Assembly (NCBI GenBank): GCA_937872845.1
Contig: CALMUC010000254.1
Coordinates: 1-52,189 of the forward strand
Length of the DNA stretch: 52,189 nt
Source of the DNA: an uncultured Lachnospiraceae bacterium
GTDB taxonomy: Bacteria > Bacillota > Clostridia > Lachnospirales > Lachnospiraceae
Reading direction: 5' to 3'
Shown: piece after piece, positions 42,562 to 52,189 of the stretch
Position numbering within the stretch: the first letter of the stretch is position 1
Layout of the letters: each line of letters starts with the position of its first letter
Position numbers and translations under genes: made by a program
Notes under the pieces: model-generated
Databases searched by the model: none
What the model saw: the letters and a program-made list of their open reading frames with translations, nothing else
What the model was told of the DNA's origin: nothing

Positions 42562-42743
42562 AGCAAATATCCGAAATGCCGGTCCCGGTCTCTGAATCCT
42601 AGCTAAAGCCAGGTGGGTACAATCTCACAACATTCTGAAGTCCCATCGTATGGGCATGTCATCCAGCTGATTTTGACTCGTCCCTATCAGAAAATGTAGG
42701 TTCAGCGCAATATGGGATTTATCGCACACCCCAGATATTTGCT
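42562..42743 (-). ncRNA. ssrS: 6S RNA
   Basis: About 180 nt with closing stem AGCAAATATC/GATATTTGCT and Firmicutes 6S-like CTGAACC and ACCCACCTG...GGATTCAG segments; has its own promoter. Confidence 0.8.
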
Positions 42744-42753
42744 TTGTATAATG

Positions 42754-42782
42754 ATTATAATATCATATGATGTATTATTCAA
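42754..42782 (-). promoter_or_regulatory. Sigma-A promoter of the 6S RNA
   Basis: TTGAAT-17-TATAAT directly upstream of the RNA. Confidence 0.75.
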
Positions 42783-42869
42783 CCTATTAAATTTATTTCC
42801 AAATAATTTAACCGAAATCAGATTCTTGCTTAATTAATATATATTTTCCAGGAGCAGTTTTAACATTTA

Positions 42870-44093
42870 TTATTTATTCTTCAGAATATGTGAAATATCA
42901 ATATACTTTGGAATCCCATTTTCATATTCTGTTGTTATTTCTCCCTGTATAAGCGGATAAATATATTTCACCATTTCATTTGTAACATCATTACCATCGT
43001 CATTTATCCATTCAGAAGGAATTTTCCTTATTTCATTTGCTACATGCTCAAGAGATGATGTTTCTATTTTGTAGTCGTAAGGCTCATCTGCTATTCTTCT
43101 GATTGACGTCATGAATCCTGTTCGTCCATCTTCCGCAAATCTTACAGCCGCACATCCAAGTTCCTCTGCCTCAATAAGATCCTGGCGTGAAGAAAGATGT
43201 GCTGCGCAGCGCTGCAATATATTCAGCTCAACAGAGCGGACTTTTATATGCAGTTCCTGTTTTACAATGTTTTCAAGTATCTTCCCCACGCCAGAAAGCT
43301 GCGGATGTCCAAACTTATCCGCAACTGCTGCCTTTGCGCTTATATATATTCCCTGTTCATCACGAACACCTTCAGATACGGCAACTACCACATCATTATT
43401 TTCAGCTAGTTTTTTCCTGAGATCATCAATAAAATTCTTCCTGTGAAATGGCACTTCAGGAAGATAAATCAGCTGTGGAGTCATATTGTATTCATTACGT
43501 GCCATTACTGCTGAAGCTGTAAGCCAGCCTGCATCACGTCCCATTATTTCAACAATAGTAACACAGGGAGTTTTATATACCGCTGTGTCATGTGCCACTT
43601 CCAACATTGTTGATGCAATATATTTTGCAGCCGAGCCAAACCCCGGTGTATGATCTGTCATTACCAAATCATTATCAATCGTCTTAGGCACTCCGGCAAA
43701 CCTTATTTTACTGCCGATCTCTGTTCCGTATGCTGCAAGTTTTGCTATAGTGTCCATTGAATCATTTCCACCGATGTAGAAAAATGCACCAATGTTATAT
43801 TTTTCAAATATGTTAAAAAGTTTTTCGTATATTTCAGGCTGTTCATTCGCTGATGGCATTTTATATCTGCATGATCCAAGATAGCTTGATGGTGACTGCC
43901 AAAGCAGTTTAAGTTCACTTTCATATTCTGTCATATCAATGAATTCTTCATTAAATACTCCATTTATACCATGAAGTGCGCCATAAACCCTTTCAAAATG
44001 ATTACTTTCTTTGACTCCTCTGACAACTCCGGCAAGTGATGCATTAATAGCAGCGGTCGGACCGCCTGACTGGGCAACCATACAATTTTTCAC
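42870..44093 (-). CDS. 6-phosphofructokinase family, probably PPi-dependent
   Basis: QSGGPTAAIN, IGGNDSMDT (Asp in the GGxD motif, typical of PPi enzymes), PKTIDND and EIMGR motifs; GTG start. Confidence 0.88.
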   Translation of the reverse strand: MKNCMVAQSGGPTAAINASLAGVVRGVKESNHFERVYGALHGINGVFNEEFIDMTEYESELKLLWQSPSSYLGSCRYKMPSANEQPEIYEKLFNIFEKYNIGAFFYIGGNDSMDTIAKLAAYGTEIGSKIRFAGVPKTIDNDLVMTDHTPGFGSAAKYIASTMLEVAHDTAVYKTPCVTIVEIMGRDAGWLTASAVMARNEYNMTPQLIYLPEVPFHRKNFIDDLRKKLAENNDVVVAVSEGVRDEQGIYISAKAAVADKFGHPQLSGVGKILENIVKQELHIKVRSVELNILQRCAAHLSSRQDLIEAEELGCAAVRFAEDGRTGFMTSIRRIADEPYDYKIETSSLEHVANEIRKIPSEWINDDGNDVTNEMVKYIYPLIQGEITTEYENGIPKYIDISHILKNK

Positions 44094-44193
44094 TGAAAAC
44101 TTCCTCCCAAACTAACTTTTTAAAGTCTTATCGGATTAAGTTTATCACAAAACTTATATGTGCGAAATATACCATATCCCAGCATAATTTAAA

Positions 44194-45756
44194 TTACTGA
44201 AGATTTGTATATCCTATCAGTTTTTGATCAATTTCTTTTGCTGCTTCTCTGCCTTCATGAATTGCCCATACCACAAGGCTCTGTCCACGATGCATATCTC
44301 CGCAGGTGTAAACATTCGGAACATTCGTTGCGTATTTTCCCGTTTCAGTTTTTATGTTGCCCCTTGGTGATGTTTCAGTTCCAAATGCGTCTGCTATATA
44401 TTTTTCAGCTCCTACAAATCCGGCAGCAATAAGAACCATTTCACATTCTATAATAAATTCAGATCCTTTACGTTCTGCACTGCTCATGCGTCCGCTTTCC
44501 GGATCTTTCTTCCAGTCAAGATATACACATTTTGCACCTTTAATATTTCCATTTTCATCCTTTATAAATTCTTTGACTGTTGTCTCATAAAGACGTGGAT
44601 CATGTCCAAATTTAGCAATAGCTTCCTGCTGACCATAATCTGTTTTAAGAACCTTGGGCCACTCAGGCCACGGATTATTTTCAGCTCTGTTTTCAGGTGG
44701 TTCAGGCATCATTTCAAGCTGTGTTACCATAGCAGCGCCTTCTCTTATGACTGTACCTACGCAGTCATTTCCTGTGTCTCCGCCGCCTATTATAAGAACC
44801 TTTTTACCTTTTGCTGAAACTATATTATTATCACTGAAGTTCGAATGCACAAGCGAACGTGTTGTCATTTTCAGGAAATCAACAGCAAAATATATTCCCT
44901 TTGCCTCTCTTCCTGGAGCGGTGATATTTCTTGGTGCCGCAGCACCACAGGCAAGAACGACTGCATCATATTCTTTTATGATTTCATCAGCTTTTATATA
45001 TTTCAGCTTATCATCTCTAATACATTTCAAAATTGGATCTGCATCCGCTGCCTTTTTAGGTGCTTTTTTTATATCTCCACCTACTTCTGTACTTGTAGCA
45101 AACCTGATTCCCGTTTTCTTCATAAGATCAATTCTTCTCTTGACTATTTTCTTATCAAGTTTCATATTAGGGATTCCATACATCAGAAGTCCACCCGGTT
45201 CATCACTTCTTTCAAAAACAGTCACATTATGTCCGCGAAGATTTAACTGAACTGCAGCTGCAAGTCCCGCAGGTCCTGATCCTATAACTGCAACATTTTT
45301 TCCCGTCTTTACTGCCGGTTCTGAATCGTCTACATATCCATTTTCAAAGGCGTTTTCAATGATTAGTCTTTCATCTTCCTTAGTGGAAACTGCCTCTCCG
45401 TAAATTCCACATGTACATGCTGCTTCACACAGGGCAGGACATACTCTTGATGTGAATTCAGGAAAACAATTTGTCTTCGAAAGACGGTTATATGCTTCTT
45501 TCAGGTTTCCACGATAAACCATATCATTCCACTCTGGGCATAAGTTATTGAGCGGACATCCTGATGCCATACCTGCAAGCATTTTCCCATATTGGCAAAA
45601 TGGCACACCGCAGTCCATACACCTTGATGCTTGTTTTTTCTGTTCATCTATTGACAGCATTTCATGAAATTCTTCAAAATTTTTTATCCTGTCGAGCGGT
45701 TTTACTTCGCTACTTGTTTTTCTCTGGTAATCTAAAAATCCTGTTGGTTTTCCCAT
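44194..45756 (-). CDS. gltD: Glutamate synthase small subunit
   Basis: MGKPTGF start (ATG 45756), RCMDCGVPFC, GSGPAG, GGGDTG and RGQSLVVWAI motifs. Confidence 0.95.
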   Translation of the reverse strand: MGKPTGFLDYQRKTSSEVKPLDRIKNFEEFHEMLSIDEQKKQASRCMDCGVPFCQYGKMLAGMASGCPLNNLCPEWNDMVYRGNLKEAYNRLSKTNCFPEFTSRVCPALCEAACTCGIYGEAVSTKEDERLIIENAFENGYVDDSEPAVKTGKNVAVIGSGPAGLAAAVQLNLRGHNVTVFERSDEPGGLLMYGIPNMKLDKKIVKRRIDLMKKTGIRFATSTEVGGDIKKAPKKAADADPILKCIRDDKLKYIKADEIIKEYDAVVLACGAAAPRNITAPGREAKGIYFAVDFLKMTTRSLVHSNFSDNNIVSAKGKKVLIIGGGDTGNDCVGTVIREGAAMVTQLEMMPEPPENRAENNPWPEWPKVLKTDYGQQEAIAKFGHDPRLYETTVKEFIKDENGNIKGAKCVYLDWKKDPESGRMSSAERKGSEFIIECEMVLIAAGFVGAEKYIADAFGTETSPRGNIKTETGKYATNVPNVYTCGDMHRGQSLVVWAIHEGREAAKEIDQKLIGYTNLQ

Positions 45757-45772
45757 TTCAGTCCGCTCCCTC

Positions 45773-48700
45773 CTACATAATACCGCGCTTGATTGCATAA
45801 AATGCTTCTATAAGTGCTTGTTTCTCATCAAGACCACGAACTTCCATTCGTCCGATTGCATTCAGCATTTTCTTATAATCATTTGGTATAATTTTCTTGA
45901 ATTTCGGAAGGTACTGTTCAAATTTTTCAAGAACTTCCCTTCCTCTCATTGAACCTGTAGCTTTTACATGTTCTTCTATCATTGATTTGAGTTCCATAAC
46001 GTCATATTTATCCGTGACATTTTCAACTCCTATCATTTGTTTATTTAGTCTTCTGTACAGGCTGCTTTCAAGATCAAGTACATATGCAATACCGCCACTC
46101 ATTCCTGCCGCAAAATTCTTTCCTGTACTCCCAAGTATTACAACTCTTCCACCCGTCATATATTCGCATCCGTGTTCACCAACACCTTCAACTACTGCAT
46201 ATGCTCCAGAATTACGTACAGCAAATCTTTCACCGGCAACACCATTTATATATGCGTGTCCTGATGTTGCCCCATATAATGCAACATTTCCGATAATTAT
46301 ATTTTCCTCTGGTTTATATCCGGCATTTTCAGGTGCTTTTACAATAATATTTCCACCTGAAAGTCCCTTTCCAAAATAATCATTACTGTCCCCTGTAAGA
46401 GAAAGTGTAAGTCCCTTAGGTATAAATGCTCCGAAACTCTGTCCGCCGCTGCCATTGCAATTGATTACAAATGTATCATCAGGAAGATTATTCCCACATT
46501 TCATAGTGATTTGTGAACCGAATAATGTCCCAAATGCCCTGTCTGTATTTGTAACATTTACATCTAGTGTATGTTTCTCAGCCTCTGCTGCATCTTTTCC
46601 CGCCGGAATAAGATTTCCAAGTTTCTTCATCAGAATGCTCTCATCTTTTGTTGTCTCAAGTTTAAAATTATAAATATTCTTTTTTGAATAGCATACTTTA
46701 CTTTGCGGTGTTCCCACAAATTCCTTGTCAAGTATCTGACTCAAATCTATATTTCTCTTCTTTGCTTCAGGACTTGCTTCAAGCAGATCTGTTCTTCCTA
46801 TAAATTCATCAACAGTATGCACACCAAGACGTGCCATATATTCACGAAGTTCTTCTGCTACGAACATCATATAATTAATTACATATTCAGGCTTTCCACG
46901 AAAACGTTTTCTTAGTTCAGGATTTTGTGTTGCTACGCCAACCGGACATGTATCAAGATTGCAGACACGCATCATTACACATCCCATTGACACAAGAGGA
47001 CCTGTTGCAAATCCAAATTCTTCTGCTCCAAGAAGTGCGGCTATTGCAACATCTCTTCCGGTCATAAGTTTCCCGTCTGTTTCAAGAATAACTCTATCTC
47101 TGAGATCATTCATTATTAATGTCTGATGTGTTTCAGCAAGACCAAGTTCCCATGGAAGTCCGGCATTATGTATAGAGTTACGCGGAGCAGCTCCGGTTCC
47201 TCCATCAAATCCCGAAATAAGAATAACCTGGGCACCTGCTTTTGCAACACCAGCCGCTATTGTTCCTACACCAGACTCAGATACAAGTTTCACAGAAATT
47301 CTTGCTTTCTTGTTTGCGTTCTTCAAATCATAAATAAGCTGTGCAAGATCTTCGATTGAATAAATATCATGATGAGGCGGTGGTGAAATGAGCCCGACTC
47401 CTGGCGTTGAATGTCTCGTCTTTGCTACCCATGGATATACTTTTCCGCCCGGAAGATGACCGCCTTCACCAGGTTTCGCACCCTGAGCCATTTTTATCTG
47501 AATTTCCTTTGCTGAACAAAGATATTCTGAAGTTACGCCAAATCTTCCTGATGCCACCTGTTTGATTGCTGAATTTTTATCCAGTCCATCAGCTCCTACT
47601 GAAAAACGTTCTTCTGCTTCTCCGCCTTCTCCTGTGTTGCTCTTGGCTCCTATTTTATTCATTGCTATTGCCATTGTTTCATGTGCTTCTTCAGATATAG
47701 ATCCATAACTCATTGCGCCTGTCTTAAAACGCATCACTATAGATTCAGCTGATTCTACTTCTTCAATCGGAATGCCCTTCTTAGGATATTTAAACTGCAT
47801 AAGTCCACGTAAATGGAATGGTTTTTCTTCTTCATCAAGTGCTGCCGTATACTGTTTAAACATTGTATAATTATTTCTCCATACAGCCTGTTGAAGCGTA
47901 TGAATTGTATTTGGATTATAAAGATGGCTCTCCTGACCGCTTCTTTCCTTATAATCACCAACTGAATCAAGTTCATGGTTCATTCCCAGTCCAAGTGAAT
48001 CAAATGCCGCACTATGAAGTTTTTCAACATGCTCCTCTATATCCTTAAGTCCTATACCTCCAACACGTGAAACTGTGTTTGTGAAATATTTATCCACAAG
48101 TTCCTCTGAAAGTCCCAAAGCTTCAAAAATCTGTGACCCCTGATAAGACTGTATTGTTGAAATACCCATTTTAGAGGCTATTGCAACTATTCCTTTCAGA
48201 ATTGCATTTGTATAATCATCAACTGCCGCATAAAAATCTTTTTGAAGAATATCTTCTTTTACAAGAGTATGAATTGTGTCAATTGCAAGATATGGATTTA
48301 TTGCTGTTGCTCCATATCCAAGAAGAGTTGCAAAATGATGCACATCTCTCGGTTCACCTGATTCAAGTACTACTGAAACAGCAGTTCTTTTCTTAGTTGT
48401 TACCAAATGCTGCTGAAGAGCTGAAATTGCAAGAAGCGATGGTATTGCCACATGATTCTCGTCAACTCCTCTGTCTGAAAGAATCATAACATTAAACCCA
48501 TCACGATAAAGATTCTCTACCTCTACAAACACTCTCTCCACGGCTTTTTCAAGAGATGTATTCTTGTAATATGTAATCGGAATTACAGCAGATTTAAGAT
48601 TCGGTGTATTTAATGATTTAATTTTAAGCATATCCGTATTTGTAAGTATCGGATTGTGAATTTTAAGCACCGAACAATTTTCCGGTTTTTCCTCGAGTAT

Positions 48701-50338
48701 ATTTCCTTCCCTTCCAAGATAAATTGATGTAGATGTTACAACTTTTTCACGTATTGCATCTATTGGCGGATTTGTGACCTGTGCAAAATGCTGATGAAAA
48801 TAATTAAACAGAGGTTTTACCTGATCATCGAGAACGGCAAGAGGAGTATCTTTTCCCATAGCCGCTATCTGCTCAAGCCCGTTATTAGCCATCGGAAGAA
48901 TTGCATGCTTATATTCCTCGTATGTATAACCAAATGCACGAGTTAATTTCTTACGATACTCTTCTGAAATTTTCTCTACCTTTTTATTTGGGATTTTTAT
49001 ATCAGAAAGCTTCATCATATATTCATCAAGCCACTCTCCATATGGTTTTGCATCTGAAAATTTAGACTTGATTTCGTCATCTGCTATAACACGGCCTTCT
49101 TTCGTGTCAACCAGCAACATTCTTCCCGGATGAAGACGATCTTTATTTACAACATGTTCTTCCGCTACCGGAAGCACACCAACTTCTGAAGAAAGAATAA
49201 GATAATCATCATCTGTAATATAATAACGTGACGGACGAAGTCCATTACGGTCAAGTACAGCGCCCATCATATCTCCATCTGTAAAAAGGATTGAGGCGGG
49301 TCCATCCCATGGTTCCATCATTGTTGCATAATACTGATAGAAATCTCTTCTTGCCTGAGTAATCGCCGCATTTCCTTCCCATGGTTCTGGAATAAGTATC
49401 ATAATCGCAAGCGGGAGCGGCATACCATTCATAAGGAAAAATTCAAGTGCATTATCAAGACGGGCTGAGTCCGATCCGTCCGGATCAAGTACAGGTGTTA
49501 TTTCATGAAATTTATCTTTAAAATATTTGGAATCCATAGTTTCTTCACGGGCAAGCATTTTATCTTCATTCCCTCTTATGGTATTTATTTCACCATTATG
49601 AACGAGGTAACGATATGGATGAGCTCGTCTCCAGCTTGGAAATGTATTTGTTGAAAATCTTGAATGCACCAGTGATATTGCTGATTCATAATCTTCGTCC
49701 TGCAGATCAAGATAGAAATTACGAAGCTGATCAACAAGGAACATGCCTTTATATACAATCGTTCTGCTTGAAAGAGATGGAACATATGTATCTTCATTTG
49801 ACTGTTCAAAGATACGTCTTGCAACATAAAGCTTTCTTTCAAATTCAATTCCTTCTTCTATATCTTTGGTTTTAGCTATAAATCCCTGCATTATTGATGG
49901 CTGAACTGAAATTGCCTTTTTGCCAAGTATTTTTTGATTTACCGGCACATCCCTCCATCCAAGAAATTTCATTCCTTCTCTTTCAACAATTGTTTCAAAC
50001 ATTTTCATTGCCTGACGTCTCGGAAGTTCTTCCTGTGGGAAAAAGAATACACCAACTGCATAATGACGTTCGCGCGGAAGTTTGATCCCATCCTTTGCTA
50101 ATTCTTTTCTGAAAAATTTATCTGATATCTGAAGAAGAATTCCTACTCCATCTCCTATTTTACCTGATGCGTCTTTTCCGGCTCTATGTTCAAGATTTTC
50201 CACAATTTTCAAAGCATCGCTTACACATTTATGTGTTTTTCTTCCTTTAATACTGACAACTGCACCTATGCCGCAATTATCATGTTCAAATTCCGGACTG
50301 TAAAGTCCATGTCTTGATACGTCTGTTTCCTGCACCAC
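45773..50338 (-). CDS. gltB: Glutamate synthase large subunit
   Basis: HDNCGIG, HSRFSTNT, EPWDGP, AMSYGSIS, KMAQGAKPGEGG and C...RVC..DTCP motifs; GTG start. Confidence 0.97.
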   Translation of the reverse strand: MVQETDVSRHGLYSPEFEHDNCGIGAVVSIKGRKTHKCVSDALKIVENLEHRAGKDASGKIGDGVGILLQISDKFFRKELAKDGIKLPRERHYAVGVFFFPQEELPRRQAMKMFETIVEREGMKFLGWRDVPVNQKILGKKAISVQPSIMQGFIAKTKDIEEGIEFERKLYVARRIFEQSNEDTYVPSLSSRTIVYKGMFLVDQLRNFYLDLQDEDYESAISLVHSRFSTNTFPSWRRAHPYRYLVHNGEINTIRGNEDKMLAREETMDSKYFKDKFHEITPVLDPDGSDSARLDNALEFFLMNGMPLPLAIMILIPEPWEGNAAITQARRDFYQYYATMMEPWDGPASILFTDGDMMGAVLDRNGLRPSRYYITDDDYLILSSEVGVLPVAEEHVVNKDRLHPGRMLLVDTKEGRVIADDEIKSKFSDAKPYGEWLDEYMMKLSDIKIPNKKVEKISEEYRKKLTRAFGYTYEEYKHAILPMANNGLEQIAAMGKDTPLAVLDDQVKPLFNYFHQHFAQVTNPPIDAIREKVVTSTSIYLGREGNILEEKPENCSVLKIHNPILTNTDMLKIKSLNTPNLKSAVIPITYYKNTSLEKAVERVFVEVENLYRDGFNVMILSDRGVDENHVAIPSLLAISALQQHLVTTKKRTAVSVVLESGEPRDVHHFATLLGYGATAINPYLAIDTIHTLVKEDILQKDFYAAVDDYTNAILKGIVAIASKMGISTIQSYQGSQIFEALGLSEELVDKYFTNTVSRVGGIGLKDIEEHVEKLHSAAFDSLGLGMNHELDSVGDYKERSGQESHLYNPNTIHTLQQAVWRNNYTMFKQYTAALDEEEKPFHLRGLMQFKYPKKGIPIEEVESAESIVMRFKTGAMSYGSISEEAHETMAIAMNKIGAKSNTGEGGEAEERFSVGADGLDKNSAIKQVASGRFGVTSEYLCSAKEIQIKMAQGAKPGEGGHLPGGKVYPWVAKTRHSTPGVGLISPPPHHDIYSIEDLAQLIYDLKNANKKARISVKLVSESGVGTIAAGVAKAGAQVILISGFDGGTGAAPRNSIHNAGLPWELGLAETHQTLIMNDLRDRVILETDGKLMTGRDVAIAALLGAEEFGFATGPLVSMGCVMMRVCNLDTCPVGVATQNPELRKRFRGKPEYVINYMMFVAEELREYMARLGVHTVDEFIGRTDLLEASPEAKKRNIDLSQILDKEFVGTPQSKVCYSKKNIYNFKLETTKDESILMKKLGNLIPAGKDAAEAEKHTLDVNVTNTDRAFGTLFGSQITMKCGNNLPDDTFVINCNGSGGQSFGAFIPKGLTLSLTGDSNDYFGKGLSGGNIIVKAPENAGYKPEENIIIGNVALYGATSGHAYINGVAGERFAVRNSGAYAVVEGVGEHGCEYMTGGRVVILGSTGKNFAAGMSGGIAYVLDLESSLYRRLNKQMIGVENVTDKYDVMELKSMIEEHVKATGSMRGREVLEKFEQYLPKFKKIIPNDYKKMLNAIGRMEVRGLDEKQALIEAFYAIKRGIM

Positions 50339-50387
50339 TTTAACTCCTCCTTTATTAATCTGAAAATTTCATGTTTATTATTTTCAG

Positions 50388-50456
50388 AAAAAAATAAAGA
50401 GGCTGCAGCATAAGACAAATGCATTTTCTTGTCTTACGTTACAGCCCCTTTGCTGT
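50388..50456 (-). promoter_or_regulatory. gltB leader attenuator: ANTAR-type hexaloop hairpin overlapping an intrinsic terminator
   Basis: ACAGC-AAAGGG-GCTGT hairpin (A1/G4 loop) shares bases with the terminator AAAGGGGCTGTAACGTAAGACAA...TTGTCTTATGCTGCAGCCTCTTT-ATTTTTTT. Promoter TTGATT-17-TATATT at 50512-50484. Confidence 0.65.
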
Positions 50457-50575
50457 GATTTTATATTTTTTTCTCTGCGGAACAATATACTTTATATTTG
50501 CAACAAAATCAATAGTTTTTTTGATTTTTTTATTATTTATTTAAGTCTTTTGTGTTTTTTATTTATTAAATTAAT

Positions 50576-51913
50576 CTATTCTGGGCTTTCTGTTGTTGCA
50601 TCTGACTGTTCGGCCGGAAGTGCAATCTCACCTGCGCTGCCAATGCTTGTTTCCGCTGATATCTTTGAACTTATTGCCTGCACTTCTTCTGTCGGAGTAT
50701 AATTTTCTGTATTAAATAAATATGCCTGAAGTGTACTTACATTTTCACTAAGATCCTGAGCAATAAGGCATGCTCCCTTTTCTTTTGTGCTATAGTCAGC
50801 AAATCTTAGAGGGAATCCCGTAGTTCCTGTAAGTTTATATGATGTAAGATTTTTTGCGAAATCATAAAACTGATCTTCTGTAATACTTGTCCCAATATAA
50901 GGAAGAATTGTATCAATCAGACTGTCAAGTTCACTCGCATTAAGCTTCCTCATCTTTGCAATCATTCCCTGAAGAACTTCTCTCTGCCTCTGTGTACGTG
51001 TTATATCTCCCTGTCCTGTACTTCTGATACGTGCATAGGCAGTTGCCTGAACACCATTCAATGTCATATCTGCTTCTGTAGTTCCTGCCGGAAGCACAAC
51101 AGGGTCAGAATAAAGTTTATTCACTTCTATCTGTTCTTTCATAACGCCATTAAGTGTGTTCAATTCATTTGCTTCAACATGAACCTTTACACCTCCAAGT
51201 GCATCTATAGTTCTTGTAAGTCCTTCCCAGTTTACAGATACATATTCTGAAATATTAAGATCAAGATTATTATTTAATGTCTGCACTGCAAGCTCAGGTC
51301 CACCATAAGCATAAGCTGTATTACACTTTGATGTGATTGTTTTACTGCTGTCTTTCTGTATTTCCATCATAGTATCACGATATACAGATGCTATCTTTGC
51401 TTCCTTTGTCTTATTATTAATTGCCAGAATCATTATTGCATCGCTACGATTCCCTTTGCCAAGTGATGCATCTCTTGCATCCACTCCAAACAGAGCAATT
51501 GTTGTATATCCTGTAAGCATTTTCTGGTTTGCACCCTTATTGATATCAAGATCGTCTTTTTTTATATCTGAGACCTGACCTACCTCTGAATATTTTTCAT
51601 GAGTATATGTTCTGACAATACCATATGCAAGTCCAGCAATAACAATAAGCTCGATTACAAGCGCAATCGCCCATTTTGCATTTGCAGGCATTCTGCCTTT
51701 CTTTTTCCTGTTGTTATCTCTTGACATTCTATCCCTTGCCTGTGCATCGCGTTCACCATAATATTCATCATCATCAAAATATGTTTCAGCTTTTTTACGG
51801 TCTCCTGCAACATTTTCATTTCCAGTTTTTTTCTGTCCCTTGCTGTTTGATAACTCATCCTCTAAATCGTCCGAAGAATCATCATAGTCATCAAAATCAT
51901 CAAATCCTCTCAT
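50576..51913 (-). CDS. LCP (LytR-CpsA-Psr) family protein
   Basis: TM segment; LFGVD, RSDAIM, S.YRD, AYAYGG and YARIR...GD..R..RQ motifs. Confidence 0.92.
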   Translation of the reverse strand: MRGFDDFDDYDDSSDDLEDELSNSKGQKKTGNENVAGDRKKAETYFDDDEYYGERDAQARDRMSRDNNRKKKGRMPANAKWAIALVIELIVIAGLAYGIVRTYTHEKYSEVGQVSDIKKDDLDINKGANQKMLTGYTTIALFGVDARDASLGKGNRSDAIMILAINNKTKEAKIASVYRDTMMEIQKDSSKTITSKCNTAYAYGGPELAVQTLNNNLDLNISEYVSVNWEGLTRTIDALGGVKVHVEANELNTLNGVMKEQIEVNKLYSDPVVLPAGTTEADMTLNGVQATAYARIRSTGQGDITRTQRQREVLQGMIAKMRKLNASELDSLIDTILPYIGTSITEDQFYDFAKNLTSYKLTGTTGFPLRFADYSTKEKGACLIAQDLSENVSTLQAYLFNTENYTPTEEVQAISSKISAETSIGSAGEIALPAEQSDATTESPE

Positions 51914-51923
51914 TTAAAAGCCC

Positions 51924-52189
51924 TCACCTTATCTTATAAATTTCATTTTTTCCCAGTCTGATCCTGATTCGCAATGTATCTGCTACCATCTGGAAAATCG
52001 TGGAAATTTTTATTTTTGAACGGTCTTTCTTGTTTCTTGAAAAATTCACAACTACCGGTGCTTCTTTTATTTCAAGTCCGGCAGTTGCTGCATTTGCAAG
52101 AATATCTATATCAAAAGAAAATCGTTCAGAATGCACATTTTTCAAAACAGGGATGATACTTTCCATTTTAAATAATTTAATTCCAGTCT
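51924..52189 (-). CDS. GT2 (DPM1-like) glycosyltransferase; C-terminal part only, runs off the window
   Basis: The frame is open to the window edge and reads ..TGIKLFK-MESII..FSFDIDIL..EIKEAPV, matching the DTQTG.K.F and F.FD.E.L motifs. Confidence 0.75.
   Translation of the reverse strand, partial: TGIKLFKMESIIPVLKNVHSERFSFDIDILANAATAGLEIKEAPVVVNFSRNKKDRSKIKISTIFQMVADTLRIRIRLGKNEIYKIR

Noticed and set aside
44602..46379. Long antisense ORFs within gltD/gltB, and similar shadow ORFs across the window
   Set aside because: They lie opposite well-conserved genes and have no protein motifs, consistent with codon-bias shadows.

Overview
This is a low-GC Firmicutes chromosomal segment, most consistent with Clostridia/Lachnospiraceae. 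Most genes are on the minus strand and most are housekeeping: rlmD, rdgB, iorAB, argB/argJ/argG, comEA, queA, pheST with a Phe T-box, gltX, 6S RNA, a phosphofructokinase, gltBD and an LCP protein. The first ~1.07 kb is accessory DNA just downstream of the rlmD 3' end. It carries a lincosamide nucleotidyltransferase (Lnu(D)-like) and a truncated streptogramin A acetyltransferase (Vat(B)-like). These lie inside what looks like a DDE-transposon end, with four 17-22 bp direct repeats and a putative TG...CA terminus at 953, resembling Tn7/Tn5053 TnsB sites. Other signals worth follow-up are an ANTAR-type hairpin overlapping a terminator in the gltB leader, WalR-like boxes before a cell-wall hydrolase, an orphan WalR-like regulator, a probably inactive amidase, and a candidate sRNA or leader peptide upstream of a NatAB-like/CPBP/GH25 operon. 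All family calls come from recognising motifs by eye; no database search was run.
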